Shown here: in pieces, positions 10,401 through 19,745 of the stretch
Layout: each line of letters opens with the position of its first letter
How positions within the stretch are numbered: the stretch's first letter is position 1
From: an uncultured Acidobacteriota bacterium
Lineage (GTDB): Bacteria > Acidobacteriota > Vicinamibacteria > Vicinamibacterales > SCN-69-37
Assembly (NCBI GenBank): GCA_963738485.1
Contig: CAVTWK010000002.1
Location: 63,183 to 127,182 of the forward strand
Length of the DNA: 64,000 nucleotides
Reading direction: 5' to 3'
Made by a program: the position numbers and the translations under genes
The notes under the pieces: generated by a model
Databases searched by the model: none
Told to the model about the DNA's origin: nothing
Seen by the model: the letters and a program-made list of their open reading frames with translations, nothing else

Positions 10401-10928
10401 GCGCAGCTGTTCGAGGCCCTGCAGGCCGCTCGACGGTTGGGCGACGTCACGAGCGGGCTCCGCTGTCAGGCCTACCTGGCGCTGACGCTGCGCCGGCAGC
10501 AGCGGGTGCCCGAGGCACAGGCCGCCGCCGATCAGACGCTGGCCACAGCCACGTCCCTCAAGATGAACGACTACGTCGGGCTCGCGCAGGCGGTGCTCGG
10601 CTGGTCGGCCTGGAAGGAGGGCGACGTCGCGGAGGCGCGGCGCCTGAGCCAGGCGGCGCTGGAGTCGTGGGGCCAGCTCAACTTCCCGTATCCGTTCCAG
10701 TGGACGGGCGCGTTGACGCTGCTGGCCCTGCAGATGACCAGCGTGCCGCTGCGCACGCTGGTCAGGTTGATCGAGCCGCTGCTCACGCCGGGGCAGCTTC
10801 GCTTGCCCGATTCTGTCAACGCGGCCCTCGAGCAGGCGGTCGGGGCCTACGGACGGCAGGACTCAGAGGCGACGCGCGAAGCCCTGCAGCGCGCCGTGGA
10901 CGAGTCCTTGCGCCTCGGCTTCCTGTAA
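7466..10928 (+). CDS. Ser/Thr kinase - AAA/STAND-type ATPase - TPR protein; one apparent +1 frameshift near 9318
   Basis: LGRGGMGVVY; HRDLKPSN; DFGL; MAPEQ; Walker A GESGVGKT; VVDDLQWAD; TEGNPFF. Removing one base at ATTC (~9317-9320) gives ...LPLPRSLRDVIGRRL...AAVIGREFD and joins ORF 9447..10928. Confidence 0.88.
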
Positions 10929-10970
10929 GGTTATGAGGCGTGACCGGTCTGGGCGCGCGAGGAGACACGC

Positions 10971-11861
10971 ATGACGCTGGTGATTGGTGCCACGGGATTC
11001 CTGGGACTCGAGATCGTCCGCCGACTGCGCGCGGAAGGGCGTCCGGTGCGGGCGCTGGTGCGGCCGACGACCGACGAGGCGAAGCGCACCTCGCTCGAGG
11101 CGATGGGGGCCGAGGTGGTCACCGGCGACCTCAAGGATCCGGCGAGCGTCGCGAAGGCCTGCGAGGGTGTCACCCACGTCATCTCCACGGCCTCATCCAC
11201 GATTTCGCGCGTCGAGGGCGACTCGATCGAGACCGTGGACCGCGACGGCCAGCTGACCGCGATCCGGGCCGCGAAAGCTGCGGGCGTCGGGCACTTCGTC
11301 CTGATCTCGTTCCCCCATTCAGACGTCGCGTTCCCGCTGCAGGATGCGAAGCGCGCCGCCGAGCGTGAACTCGCGGCCAGCGGCATGGCGTACACCGTGC
11401 TGCGCGTCCCGCACTTCTGGGAGATCTGGTGCAGTCCGGTGCTGGGCTTCGACGTCGCGCAGCGCAAGGTCCGGATCTTCGGTGACGGTGCCGGCGCCAT
11501 GAACTGGATCTCGCTCGGGGACGTGGCCGAGGTCGCCATCCGCGCGCTCGGGCACGACGCCGCGCAGAACCAGACGCTGACGTTCGGCGGGCCCGAGTCG
11601 CTCACCCAGCTCGACATCGTGGGGATCTTCGAGGACGCACTCGGTGTGACCTTCGAGCTCGAGCATGTGCCGGTCGAGGCGCTGCGCGAGCAGTATGCGG
11701 GGGCCACCGACCCTATCCACAAGTCGTTCGCCGCGCTGATGCTGATCGTCGCTGAAGGCGGCTGGGAGTTCGATCACGAGCCGATCCGGCGGACGTTCCA
11801 TGACGACTTCGCGTCGATCCGTCAGGTGGCCAGGGCCGCGGCGGCCGGTCAGGTCGAGTAG
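10971..11861 (+). CDS. Atypical SDR / NmrA-like NAD(P)-binding protein
   Basis: GAGGAG RBS; VIGATGFLG; VRALVR; KRAAE; FGGPESLT. Confidence 0.88.
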   Translation: MTLVIGATGFLGLEIVRRLRAEGRPVRALVRPTTDEAKRTSLEAMGAEVVTGDLKDPASVAKACEGVTHVISTASSTISRVEGDSIETVDRDGQLTAIRAAKAAGVGHFVLISFPHSDVAFPLQDAKRAAERELAASGMAYTVLRVPHFWEIWCSPVLGFDVAQRKVRIFGDGAGAMNWISLGDVAEVAIRALGHDAAQNQTLTFGGPESLTQLDIVGIFEDALGVTFELEHVPVEALREQYAGATDPIHKSFAALMLIVAEGGWEFDHEPIRRTFHDDFASIRQVARAAAAGQVE

Positions 11862-13172
11862 TAGGTACTCGCGCAGCAGCGCCTGGATGAAGGTGTCACG
11901 GTCGCGGTAGCCGCGATTGACGGCGTGCAGGTCGAGATTGGCCGGCACGCGTTCGCCGAGACGGTCCACGAAGAACCAGTGGAGCAGGGCGGGCAGGTCG
12001 ATCGGTGACTGCGCCACCGACGGATTGTCGAGCCCACGGTCGGTCAGGTGCCGGGCCTTGTCGCGCGCGCGCCGCGCCAGGTCGCCGTACGCGCCCGAGA
12101 CCCGCAGTTCGTCTACGAGACGACGGCCGACGTCGGGGTTGAAGACGGTCTTCGCCCACCGGACGCGGGCTTCGTCCTGCATCAGGCTGGCAAACGCCTC
12201 CCGGTCCAGTTCCTGCGCCTGCATCCACGCCGCGAGGCTTGGGCCGTCGAGCAGTTCATGTGTCCGCCGAAACTCGTCGATCGTCTGTCGAAACAGCGGC
12301 GGTTCGACGGTGACGTCGTGCCGGTCCGCCTCCTCGAGCGCCAGCGCGCGTGCGAACGCACCGTTGACCGCGGCCATGAACCGCCCGCGATCGAGGCGCA
12401 ATTCGTCGAGCAGCCAGTCCGACGGCAGGTCGTCTGGCAGGGCGGCCGCCACCTGCCGGCCGCTGCGCCGCGCCACCTGGTCCCAGACATCGGTGTGCTC
12501 GAAGTGGAAGCCGACGGACGCCGGCTCGTCCTCGCGTGCCATCCAGTCGCGCATCGACCGCAGCATCGCCACGGCGTCACGCCGCTTCTGGAAGGCGCGT
12601 CCCGCCGGCAGCCAGCCCGCCAGCGTCTCGCCGGCGCCGATCTCCCGCGCATGCGCGAGCAGGGCCGGCACACTGCGCTCGGCGTAGTGCAGCGACTTCA
12701 TGTGCGCGACGAGCCGCTGGTGGGCGTCGCCGGCAATCACGCCGGCAGCCTCAGCCGCGCGAAGCGTGGCGCGGATGTCCACCATGGCGACGGACTGCTG
12801 TCGGTACCCGCTCTCGGCGTCGCCGTGTGCCACCGTGACCTCGTCGTCATCTTCGAGGCGGCCGTCGCGGAAGGCCTCGAAGATCTCGCCGACGCCGACC
12901 ATGCCGAAGGAGCCGAGTTCGGCTGCCCGTAGTGCGCCCATGCTGGCGGCGCCGAAGACGTGGATCCCGCGCGACAGCGCCCACAGGATCTCCTTGTGCC
13001 AGACCGCGGGCACGCGCTCGAAGTACCCGTCGATCAGACCGATCGCCCACGGGTCGTCGAGCGAGGCCCGGTAGATGTCCCCCTGCGACGCGGGAGGCAG
13101 GCACACTGCGTCGAGTTCCTCCGTGATGTCTGTGTGCGCGATCGTCGGGCCGGCGAAGATGAAGACCTTCAT
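11849..13172 (-). CDS. tfuA: TfuA-like protein with ~220-aa helical C-terminal extension; apparent +1 frameshift in the last codons
   Basis: FAGPT; PPASQGD; IGLIDGYF; AVWHKEIL; GAASMGALRAAEL; EDDDEV; QKRRDA; ATGA overlap with ycaO; removing one C near 11864 gives ...LLREYYYST-stop at 11849. Confidence 0.9.
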
Positions 13173-14410
13173 GGCGTCAGCGTCCCGACGAGCGCACGCG
13201 CGCGACGCCCGGGCACGTAGCCTGGCGCGTCGTGCAGGGACTCGAGCCCAGGCACCACAACGCGGACGACCGGCACGCCGAACTCTGGCTTGGTCAAATC
13301 CACGGAGACCACCTCGTGGAGACCGACCCGGGCCAGGCACTGCCGCTCGTGGGCGACGTCGGCGGCGAAGTCCTCACTTTCGAACGTGGGGGCCTCGTGG
13401 AAATCGCCGCCGGCCGACGCGCCCGCTTCGACGTGCGCCCGGAGCCTGGCGACGCGATCCGGGTTGCGCGCCCGCTCGAAGAAGTCCCGATCCGCGTCGT
13501 CGCGCGCCCCCGCGATGTACGTCAGCCGGCACTGCACGGCCTCGGTGATCGCGCGGATCAGGGCGATCGCACGAACTGGATGGCAGCCGCTGCCGAACGC
13601 GAAGTAGAGCTGGCGCAGGTGATTTGGCGTCTGGTCCACGACCACGCAGCGAAAGGCGGCCAGGCCGACATCGGAGGTCGTGTTCCAGACGGCGACGCCT
13701 AGGCCGGCGCGGTCCAGCCGGTCGAGGAGGCTCCGGCTGTCCTCGTCGTCGATCGTGCGCAGGTCTACCCTCGTCTCGTGCAGTCCGGAGCCGCCGCGGA
13801 GACTCCACAACGCGTTGGCATCGCGCTCCACGACCTCGCAGATCGCGTGGCTCGTCGCTTCGAGCAGATGGTTGCCGGAGGCCAGGCCGTTCGAGCTCAT
13901 GACGAACGAGCCGCTGCCTGTGGGCAGCGGCAGGGAGAAGTTCGTGTGGACGACTTCGTACGGCAACCAGCGGCCCACGCCCGTGGCCAGGTCCTGGCCT
14001 TCGATCCAGAGCGTCTGTCGATCAGGATGAAAGGTGCTGACCGACAGCCGGGGCAGGGCCGTGACGTCCAAGACCGGGGAGGCCTGGCGGATTTCGTTCC
14101 AGCTGGCGAGCCGGAGCGGCGCCACCACGTGTTCGGCGTGAAACGCCTCGATGGCCTCCATGACGCCAGAGGCCTTCGCGGCGTCTAGGTCGAGTCCCTT
14201 GCCCTGGAACACCGCGAGCGATCGCGAGTTCGGGCGATAGACCGCCACGACCGGGATGCCGACGACGTCGAGCCCCGTGACGTTCGCGACGCGGGTGATG
14301 CCCGCGCGCGCCATCAGGGGCGCGACGGCGCGCAGCGTCTCACTCGGGCTGACGCGGCGGTGCGTGCCTCGTCGATGCGCCTTCGACGGGGAATCCCCGG
14401 CGAGGATCAC
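13169..14410 (-). CDS. ycaO: YcaO-family enzyme, TfuA-associated (thioamide-forming type)
   Basis: GITRVANVTGLD..GIPV; QGKG...MEAIE; SSNGLASGN; CEVVERDA; RAITEAVQCR; PVVRVVVPGLE; no PxPxP C-terminus. Confidence 0.93.
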   Translation of the reverse strand: MILAGDSPSKAHRRGTHRRVSPSETLRAVAPLMARAGITRVANVTGLDVVGIPVVAVYRPNSRSLAVFQGKGLDLDAAKASGVMEAIEAFHAEHVVAPLRLASWNEIRQASPVLDVTALPRLSVSTFHPDRQTLWIEGQDLATGVGRWLPYEVVHTNFSLPLPTGSGSFVMSSNGLASGNHLLEATSHAICEVVERDANALWSLRGGSGLHETRVDLRTIDDEDSRSLLDRLDRAGLGVAVWNTTSDVGLAAFRCVVVDQTPNHLRQLYFAFGSGCHPVRAIALIRAITEAVQCRLTYIAGARDDADRDFFERARNPDRVARLRAHVEAGASAGGDFHEAPTFESEDFAADVAHERQCLARVGLHEVVSVDLTKPEFGVPVVRVVVPGLESLHDAPGYVPGRRARALVGTLTP

Positions 14411-14706
14411 TTACGTGATTTTTTGGCTTTCCCGCCGCCCTTGGCGGCCGGCTTGGCCGAGGCCTGACTGAACGGGTCCACGTTGATGCTGGCCAGGTTC
14501 ACGAGGTAGCAGGCCGCGCCGATCTCCTCGAGTTCAGGGACGGCGGCGAGCACTGCGCCCTGATTGAGGACGTCGTCGAGCTGGGCAGCCATCTGTGCGC
14601 TGACCTTGCTGGCCTTGCGCCACTTGGCCTCGGGAATCTGGACGAGGACTTTCTTGTTCGTGGCCGGGTCGAACGTCGCGATGATGAGATCTCGTTTGAA
14701 GGGCAT
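14407..14706 (-). CDS. 99-aa protein, candidate YcaO/TfuA substrate or precursor
   Basis: GGAG upstream; GTGA overlap with ycaO start; core GAVLAAVPELEEIGAACYLVNLASI; Lys/Ala/Gly-rich tail. Confidence 0.75.
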   Translation of the reverse strand: MPFKRDLIIATFDPATNKKVLVQIPEAKWRKASKVSAQMAAQLDDVLNQGAVLAAVPELEEIGAACYLVNLASINVDPFSQASAKPAAKGGGKAKKSRK

Positions 14707-14790
14707 GGGAGCGTGCTCCTCGAAGCAATGTGTCTCGGATCGTTGCGACCCGATCGTCGGAGCCTAGCATGCGGACTGGTGACGGTCAAT

Positions 14791-14820
14791 CGATGAGCGA
14801 CAGATCGATGAGCGACAGAT
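14791..14820. promoter_or_regulatory. Perfect 15-bp tandem direct repeat upstream of the ycaO operon; possible operator
   Basis: CGATGAGCGACAGAT twice, ~85 bp upstream of ATG 14706. Confidence 0.4.
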
Positions 14821-14846
14821 TGCATCGCAGATCGAAGAGCAATGGG

Positions 14847-15079
14847 CACCACGGAGAAGCGGAGGCACGCGCGCGGCGGAATGGCGCAGGCACGGTCCGC
14901 CGCGACAAGCGACCCTTCACGCATGAGCCGCGTGTCGCGACGGACGGCGCCTGCGCACCGCCGGCCTTCGGCCGCCACGCCGGCCTTGCCGGCGTGCCGC
15001 CGCGCGCGCCTGCTCGAGGTCACGGAACACATGGGCTTCCTGGCGAAGCCGAGTCTGCTACTTCCGCCGCTCCGTGGTG
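14847..15079. repeat. Multibranched structured repeat (CACCACGRAG ends), copy 1
   Basis: Terminal IR CACCACGGAG / CTCCGTGGTG with nested stems; same architecture as 18684-18893. Confidence 0.75.
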
Positions 15080-15181
15080 AACCCCAGCCCTGCGTTCGCC
15101 TCCGTGGCTCCGCGGTGAGCGCCCGTGTCGCCTCTACGGCGGGGTGTGCCGTCGAAGCGAAATCGGGCTACTCTTACGCGC

Positions 15182-16182
15182 ATGCAGACACGTAGCGGCT
15201 GGCGTTTCCTCCTCGCCATCGGTGTTCTTGCTGTGGCTGTCCAGGCGTGCGGCGGATCGGCCCCGGCGAACAACGGACGACCGACCGAGCCGCGCATCGC
15301 CGTGATCCCGAAGGGGACGACGCACGAGTTCTGGAAGTCCATCCACGCGGGCGCGGTGAAGGCAAGTCGCGAACAGGGGGCCTACGTGATTTGGAAGGGC
15401 CCCGTCCGTGAGGACGACCGCGACGAGCAGATCAAGGTCATGGAAACGTTCATCAGCCAGAACGTGGACGGCATCGTCATCGCCCCGCTCGACAGCAAGG
15501 CACTGGTCCCGGTGCTCAACGATGCGCGGGCCCGCAAGATTCCGGTTGCAATCATCGATTCGGGCGTCGAGTGGGACGGCGCCGTGACGTTCATCGCGAC
15601 CGACAACGAGAAGGCCGGGGGCCTGGCCGCCGAGCGGCTCGGCAACGTCCTCGGCGGCCGGGGCCGCGTGATCGACGATGCGGCTCCAGGAGGGGTCGGC
15701 AAGTACCACGGCGCGCGAGACCGGCTTCCTCGCGACGCTGGCGGCGAAGTTCCCTCAGATCAAGGTCGTGTCGTCGAATCAGTACGGGGGCGCGACGACC
15801 GAGACCGGGTTTGCGATGGCCGAGCGCCTGCTCGCAACCCATCGTGACGTGGACGGCGTCTTCTGTCCCAACGAGACGACCACGTTTGGCATGCTGCTCG
15901 CGCTCGACGCGGCCGGCCGCGCCGGCAAGGTCAAGTTCGTCGGGTTCGACGCGAGTCCCAAGCTGGTCGAGGCGCTCGAGCAGGGGAAGATCGCATGGCC
16001 TCGTCCTGCAGAACCCGTTTCGCATGGGTGAGCTCGGCGTGACCATGCTCATGGCGGCGTTGAGGGGCGAGAAGGTCGAAGCGCGCGTGGATACGGGCGC
16101 GACGATGGTGACGCGCGACAACATGGGGCAGCCGGAGATCAAGGCGCTCATCCTCCCGGACCTCGCCAAGTACCTCAACTGA
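15182..16182 (+). CDS. Sugar ABC transporter substrate-binding lipoprotein (RbsB-like); two apparent +1 frameshifts (~15675, ~15994)
   Basis: Lipobox-like VQAC; IPKGTTHEFW; IATDN; then QEGSASTTARETGF, FVGFD; then GLVLQNPFRMG in successive frames. Confidence 0.88.
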
Positions 16183-17693
16183 TGACCACGGCGGCGCAGG
16201 CCGGCGTCCTACTGCGGATGCGCGGGATCGAAAAGCACTTCGGCGCCGTCTGCGCGCTCGCCGGTGTGGATCTGGATGTCGCGCCTGGGGACGTCCACGC
16301 ACTGATTGGCGAGAATGGCGCCGGCAAGAGCACCCTGATGAAGGTGCTGTCGGGCGCCCATCGGCCGGACCGCGGCGAGATGACGCTCGCCGGCGAACCC
16401 TACGCGCCGGAGGGCCCCCTCGACGCGCGTGAGCGCGGCGTCGCGATGATCTATCAGGAACTCGCGCTCGCGCCCCACCTGACGGTTGAAGAGAACATCG
16501 TGCTCGGTCGCGAGCCGGCCCGCTTCGGCGCCGTCAATCGCGTCGCGCGGCGCGCGCAGGTCAATCAGGTGCTCGAGTGGCTCGACGAGCCCGCGCTTCG
16601 ACCCGACCGCGTCGTCGCCGACCTGCCACCGGGCCCCCGGCAACTCGTGGAAGTCGCGCGCGCCCTGGCCGCGGACGCGCGTGTGGTCGTGATGGATGAG
16701 CCGACCAGCTCGTTGTCGCGGCGCGAGACCGCGCGCCTGTTCGAGACCATCGGCCGGCTGCGCACGCGCGGCGTGGCGATCATCTACATCAGCCACTTCC
16801 TCGAGGAGGTCTGCGAGGTTGCGCAGCGCTATACCGTGCTTCGCGACGGCCGATCGGTCGAAAGCGGCCCGGTGTCGCAGGACGCGTCGTTCTTCGGCCA
16901 CGTCATCGAGGCGATGGCCGGCAGAAGCCTCGAGACCGCGTACCCGCGCGTGGCCCACGAGCCTGGTGAGGCCATCCTCGAACTGGACCGGCTCAGCGGC
17001 GCGCGGTTGCCGGCCGACGTCACCCTGACGCTGCGGCGAGGTGAGATCCTCGGTGTCGCCGGCCTTGTCGGCGCCGGACGCACGGAGCTGCTGCGGGCCG
17101 TGTTCGGTCTCGATTCCGTGCGCGCCGGTCGCGTGGGCGTGGGCGGCCACTGGGACGACGGCGCGTCACCGGCGGCGCGGCTCGCGCAGGGCGTCGGGCT
17201 GCTCTCCGAAGACCGGGGAGGCGAGGGGCTCGCGGTCGGGCTGTCGATTGGTGACAACCTGACGTTGTCCCGTCCGATTGCCCGGCTGGGCGTGGTGTCG
17301 CGCGCAGCCCAGGAAGCGACGACACGCACGCTGGGCGAGCGGCTGAGCCTGCGCTATCGCGACAGCCGGCAGCCCGTGAGCGACCTCTCGGGCGGCAATC
17401 AGCAGAAAGTCGCGATCGCGCGACTGCTACACCACGACGTGGATGTCTTTCTGTTCGACGAGCCGACCCGGGGCATCGACGTCGCGACCAAGGCCGAGAT
17501 CTATCGGCTCATGGGTGAACTGGCGGCCCGGGGCAAGGCGATCCTGTTCGTCAGCAGCTACCTGCCGGAGTTGCTCGGCGTCTGCGATCGCGTCGGCGTG
17601 ATGAGTCGCGGCCGGCTCACGGACCTTCGCCCCGTCGGGGCGTGGTCGGAGACGACGCTGCTCGAAGCGGCGACGGCGGTGGAGTATGCCTGA
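16182..17693 (+). CDS. Sugar ABC transporter ATP-binding protein (RbsA-like)
   Basis: GENGAGKST; MDEPT; GLVGAGRTE; LSGGNQQKV; DEPTRGID. Confidence 0.95.
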   Translation: MTTAAQAGVLLRMRGIEKHFGAVCALAGVDLDVAPGDVHALIGENGAGKSTLMKVLSGAHRPDRGEMTLAGEPYAPEGPLDARERGVAMIYQELALAPHLTVEENIVLGREPARFGAVNRVARRAQVNQVLEWLDEPALRPDRVVADLPPGPRQLVEVARALAADARVVVMDEPTSSLSRRETARLFETIGRLRTRGVAIIYISHFLEEVCEVAQRYTVLRDGRSVESGPVSQDASFFGHVIEAMAGRSLETAYPRVAHEPGEAILELDRLSGARLPADVTLTLRRGEILGVAGLVGAGRTELLRAVFGLDSVRAGRVGVGGHWDDGASPAARLAQGVGLLSEDRGGEGLAVGLSIGDNLTLSRPIARLGVVSRAAQEATTRTLGERLSLRYRDSRQPVSDLSGGNQQKVAIARLLHHDVDVFLFDEPTRGIDVATKAEIYRLMGELAARGKAILFVSSYLPELLGVCDRVGVMSRGRLTDLRPVGAWSETTLLEAATAVEYA

Positions 17694-18651
17694 ACGACCC
17701 ACGGGCCGGTTCGGACGTCTTGTCGGGCCGCTGGCCGGTCTTGCGGTTGTCGTGGCCTTCTTCGCGGTGCTCCAGCCCGAGACATTTCTCTCGCTCTACA
17801 ACATGCAGACGATCGGCGCGCAGACGGTCATCGTGGGCCTGGGCGCGATCGGCATGACGTTCGTGATCATCAGCGGCGGCATCGACCTGTCGATCGGATC
17901 AGTCATCGCGCTGTCGTCGGTCGTCACCGCGCTCGCGCTGCACGACGGCATGCCTCCGGCGATCGCGGCCCTGGCGGGTATCTCGACGGGCGCGCTGGTC
18001 GGCCTGGTCAACGGCATCCTCATCAGCCGCCTGCGCGTAGTGCCCTTCATCGTCACGCTCGGCGCGATGGGCATCGCGCGCGGGCTCGCGAAGTATCTGG
18101 CCGAGGAGCAGAAGGTGGACGCCCCGGCCGGGTGGCTCGCGACCGTCATGGCCAAGACGCCCACCCCGGACTGGCTGCTGTTCGCGCCTGGCCTCTGGAT
18201 GATGGCTGGCCTGGCCCTGGCGATGGGGTTCGTGCTCCGCCGTACCGTCCTCGGCGTGCACACATACGCGATCGGATCGAACGAGGCGACGGCGCGGCTC
18301 TGCGGCGTGCGCGTCCCGCGCACGAAGGTGGCGATCTACACGTGTTCAGGCCTGTTCGCTGGCCTGGCGGGCGTGATGCAGTACGCGCGGCTGACGGTCG
18401 GCGATCCGACGACCGCCGTCGGCAAGGAGCTGGACGTCATCGCGGCAGTGGTGATCGGCGGGTCCAGTCTGTCCGGCGGGTCGGGCGGCATCGGCGGCTC
18501 GATGATCGGCGCCTTCCTGATGAGCGTGCTGGCCAACGGCTGCACGCTGATGGGCGTACCTAACTACGTCCAGGAAATCCTGATCGGCGCGATCATCGTG
18601 GTCGCGGTCGCGGTGGACCGGCTGCGCGAGCGATCGCGGGCGACGGGGTAG
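17686..18651 (+). CDS. Sugar ABC transporter permease (RbsC-like)
   Basis: GGIDLSIGS; PFIVTLG; AIGSNE; ELDVIAAVVIGG. Confidence 0.95.
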   Translation: MPERPTGRFGRLVGPLAGLAVVVAFFAVLQPETFLSLYNMQTIGAQTVIVGLGAIGMTFVIISGGIDLSIGSVIALSSVVTALALHDGMPPAIAALAGISTGALVGLVNGILISRLRVVPFIVTLGAMGIARGLAKYLAEEQKVDAPAGWLATVMAKTPTPDWLLFAPGLWMMAGLALAMGFVLRRTVLGVHTYAIGSNEATARLCGVRVPRTKVAIYTCSGLFAGLAGVMQYARLTVGDPTTAVGKELDVIAAVVIGGSSLSGGSGGIGGSMIGAFLMSVLANGCTLMGVPNYVQEILIGAIIVVAVAVDRLRERSRATG

Positions 18652-18683
18652 GGGCCTTCGTCGATCACGGGTCGATGACCGAC

Positions 18684-18893
18684 CACCACGAAGACACGAA
18701 GCTGCCCGCGCGCGGCGGGCGGGAATGCGGCGAAGCTGGTCCACATGAGCGAGGAGAGTCAGTCGCTCATGTGAGCCAGCTTCGCCGCATTCCCGCCAGG
18801 CCCCTGGCCGCCACGCTGGCGCGCCAGCGTGGCGCCGCGCGCGGGGACCTCGAAGAAGACGTGACACGGAGAAGCCTACGTGGCTTCGTGGTG
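18684..18893. repeat. Multibranched structured repeat (CACCACGRAG ends), copy 2
   Basis: Terminal IR CACCACGAAG / CTTCGTGGTG; long central hairpin GGCGGGAATGCGGCGAAGCTGG / CCAGCTTCGCCGCATTCCCGCC. Confidence 0.8.
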
Positions 18894-19745
18894 AGCTAGT
18901 ACACGCGCGCCCTTGGTGGCCACGACGATCGGATGATGCTCGACGGCACCCTTGACGAGGCGGACCAGCTCCATGCCGAGCGTGTCTTCGAACGCGGAGG
19001 TGTGCTTGCCGAGCCCGAACATCTCCGCCACCGCGCGCATCGCCCGCTTGCCTGCTCGGAGCGGACGCCGTTCGGCGGCGTAGCGATCCCAGCGGGTCCA
19101 GCGCTCGGCGTCGATCTCGTACCACGGCACCGTGTGCGCGAGCGGCTTGAGGGCGATCTGCGTGAAGCCGGCGCGCGCGCAGTCGGCCACGAGCGCCGAG
19201 GCGAGGATCTCGCGTTCCTGGACGCCGCAGCCGCTCACGGCGGCGACCGACGTCTCATTGTCGGCATGACCGCGTCCAGGTTCGCTGAGGAGCACGCGCC
19301 CGCCCGGCCTCAGCACGCGATGGATCTCGGTGAGGGCCGAGAGGCCGTCGGGGACGTGGTGGAACGCGTTCATGCACACGGCCTTGTCCACAGACGCGTC
19401 CGCCAACGGGAGTTGTTCGAGATCCCCGGCCACCAGCCAGGCGTCTGGGCCTGTCCGCTCCCGGCCGATCTGAAGCATGTCGGTCGCGATGTCCACGCTC
19501 ACGGTCGTGACGTTGAAGCGCCGTAGCCACTCAGACATCCAGCAGCTTCCGGCGCCCAGGTCGAGAACGCGTTCGCCCGGTTTGGGCTCGAGGCACAGGA
19601 GCACGACGGCGAAGTCGTGAATCAGCCGCGCGCCCTCCGTGACATCGTCGTGACCCGGCGACGAGAAGGGCTTGACGCGCTCCCAGCGGGCGGTGCCGGC
19701 GCGCTGGAGATAGGCCTTCTCGGCGAGTTTGGTGTCAGCATCCAC
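18876..19745 (-). CDS. Class I SAM-dependent methyltransferase
   Basis: VLDLGAGSC; GDLEQLP; AFHHVPD; RVLRPGG. Confidence 0.88.
   Translation of the reverse strand: MDADTKLAEKAYLQRAGTARWERVKPFSSPGHDDVTEGARLIHDFAVVLLCLEPKPGERVLDLGAGSCWMSEWLRRFNVTTVSVDIATDMLQIGRERTGPDAWLVAGDLEQLPLADASVDKAVCMNAFHHVPDGLSALTEIHRVLRPGGRVLLSEPGRGHADNETSVAAVSGCGVQEREILASALVADCARAGFTQIALKPLAHTVPWYEIDAERWTRWDRYAAERRPLRAGKRAMRAVAEMFGLGKHTSAFEDTLGMELVRLVKGAVEHHPIVVATKGARVLAHHEAT

Noticed and set aside
11319-13340. 673-aa TfuA ORF overlapping the SDR gene antisense by ~540 nt
   Set aside because: The true start is ATG 13172 (coupled to ycaO). Read-through begins with rare CTA CTA codons, and removing one base gives a stop at 11849.
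15182-18651. Sugar ABC transporter as exporter for the YcaO product
   Set aside because: It is a CUT2-type monosaccharide importer with a binding protein, transcribed divergently.
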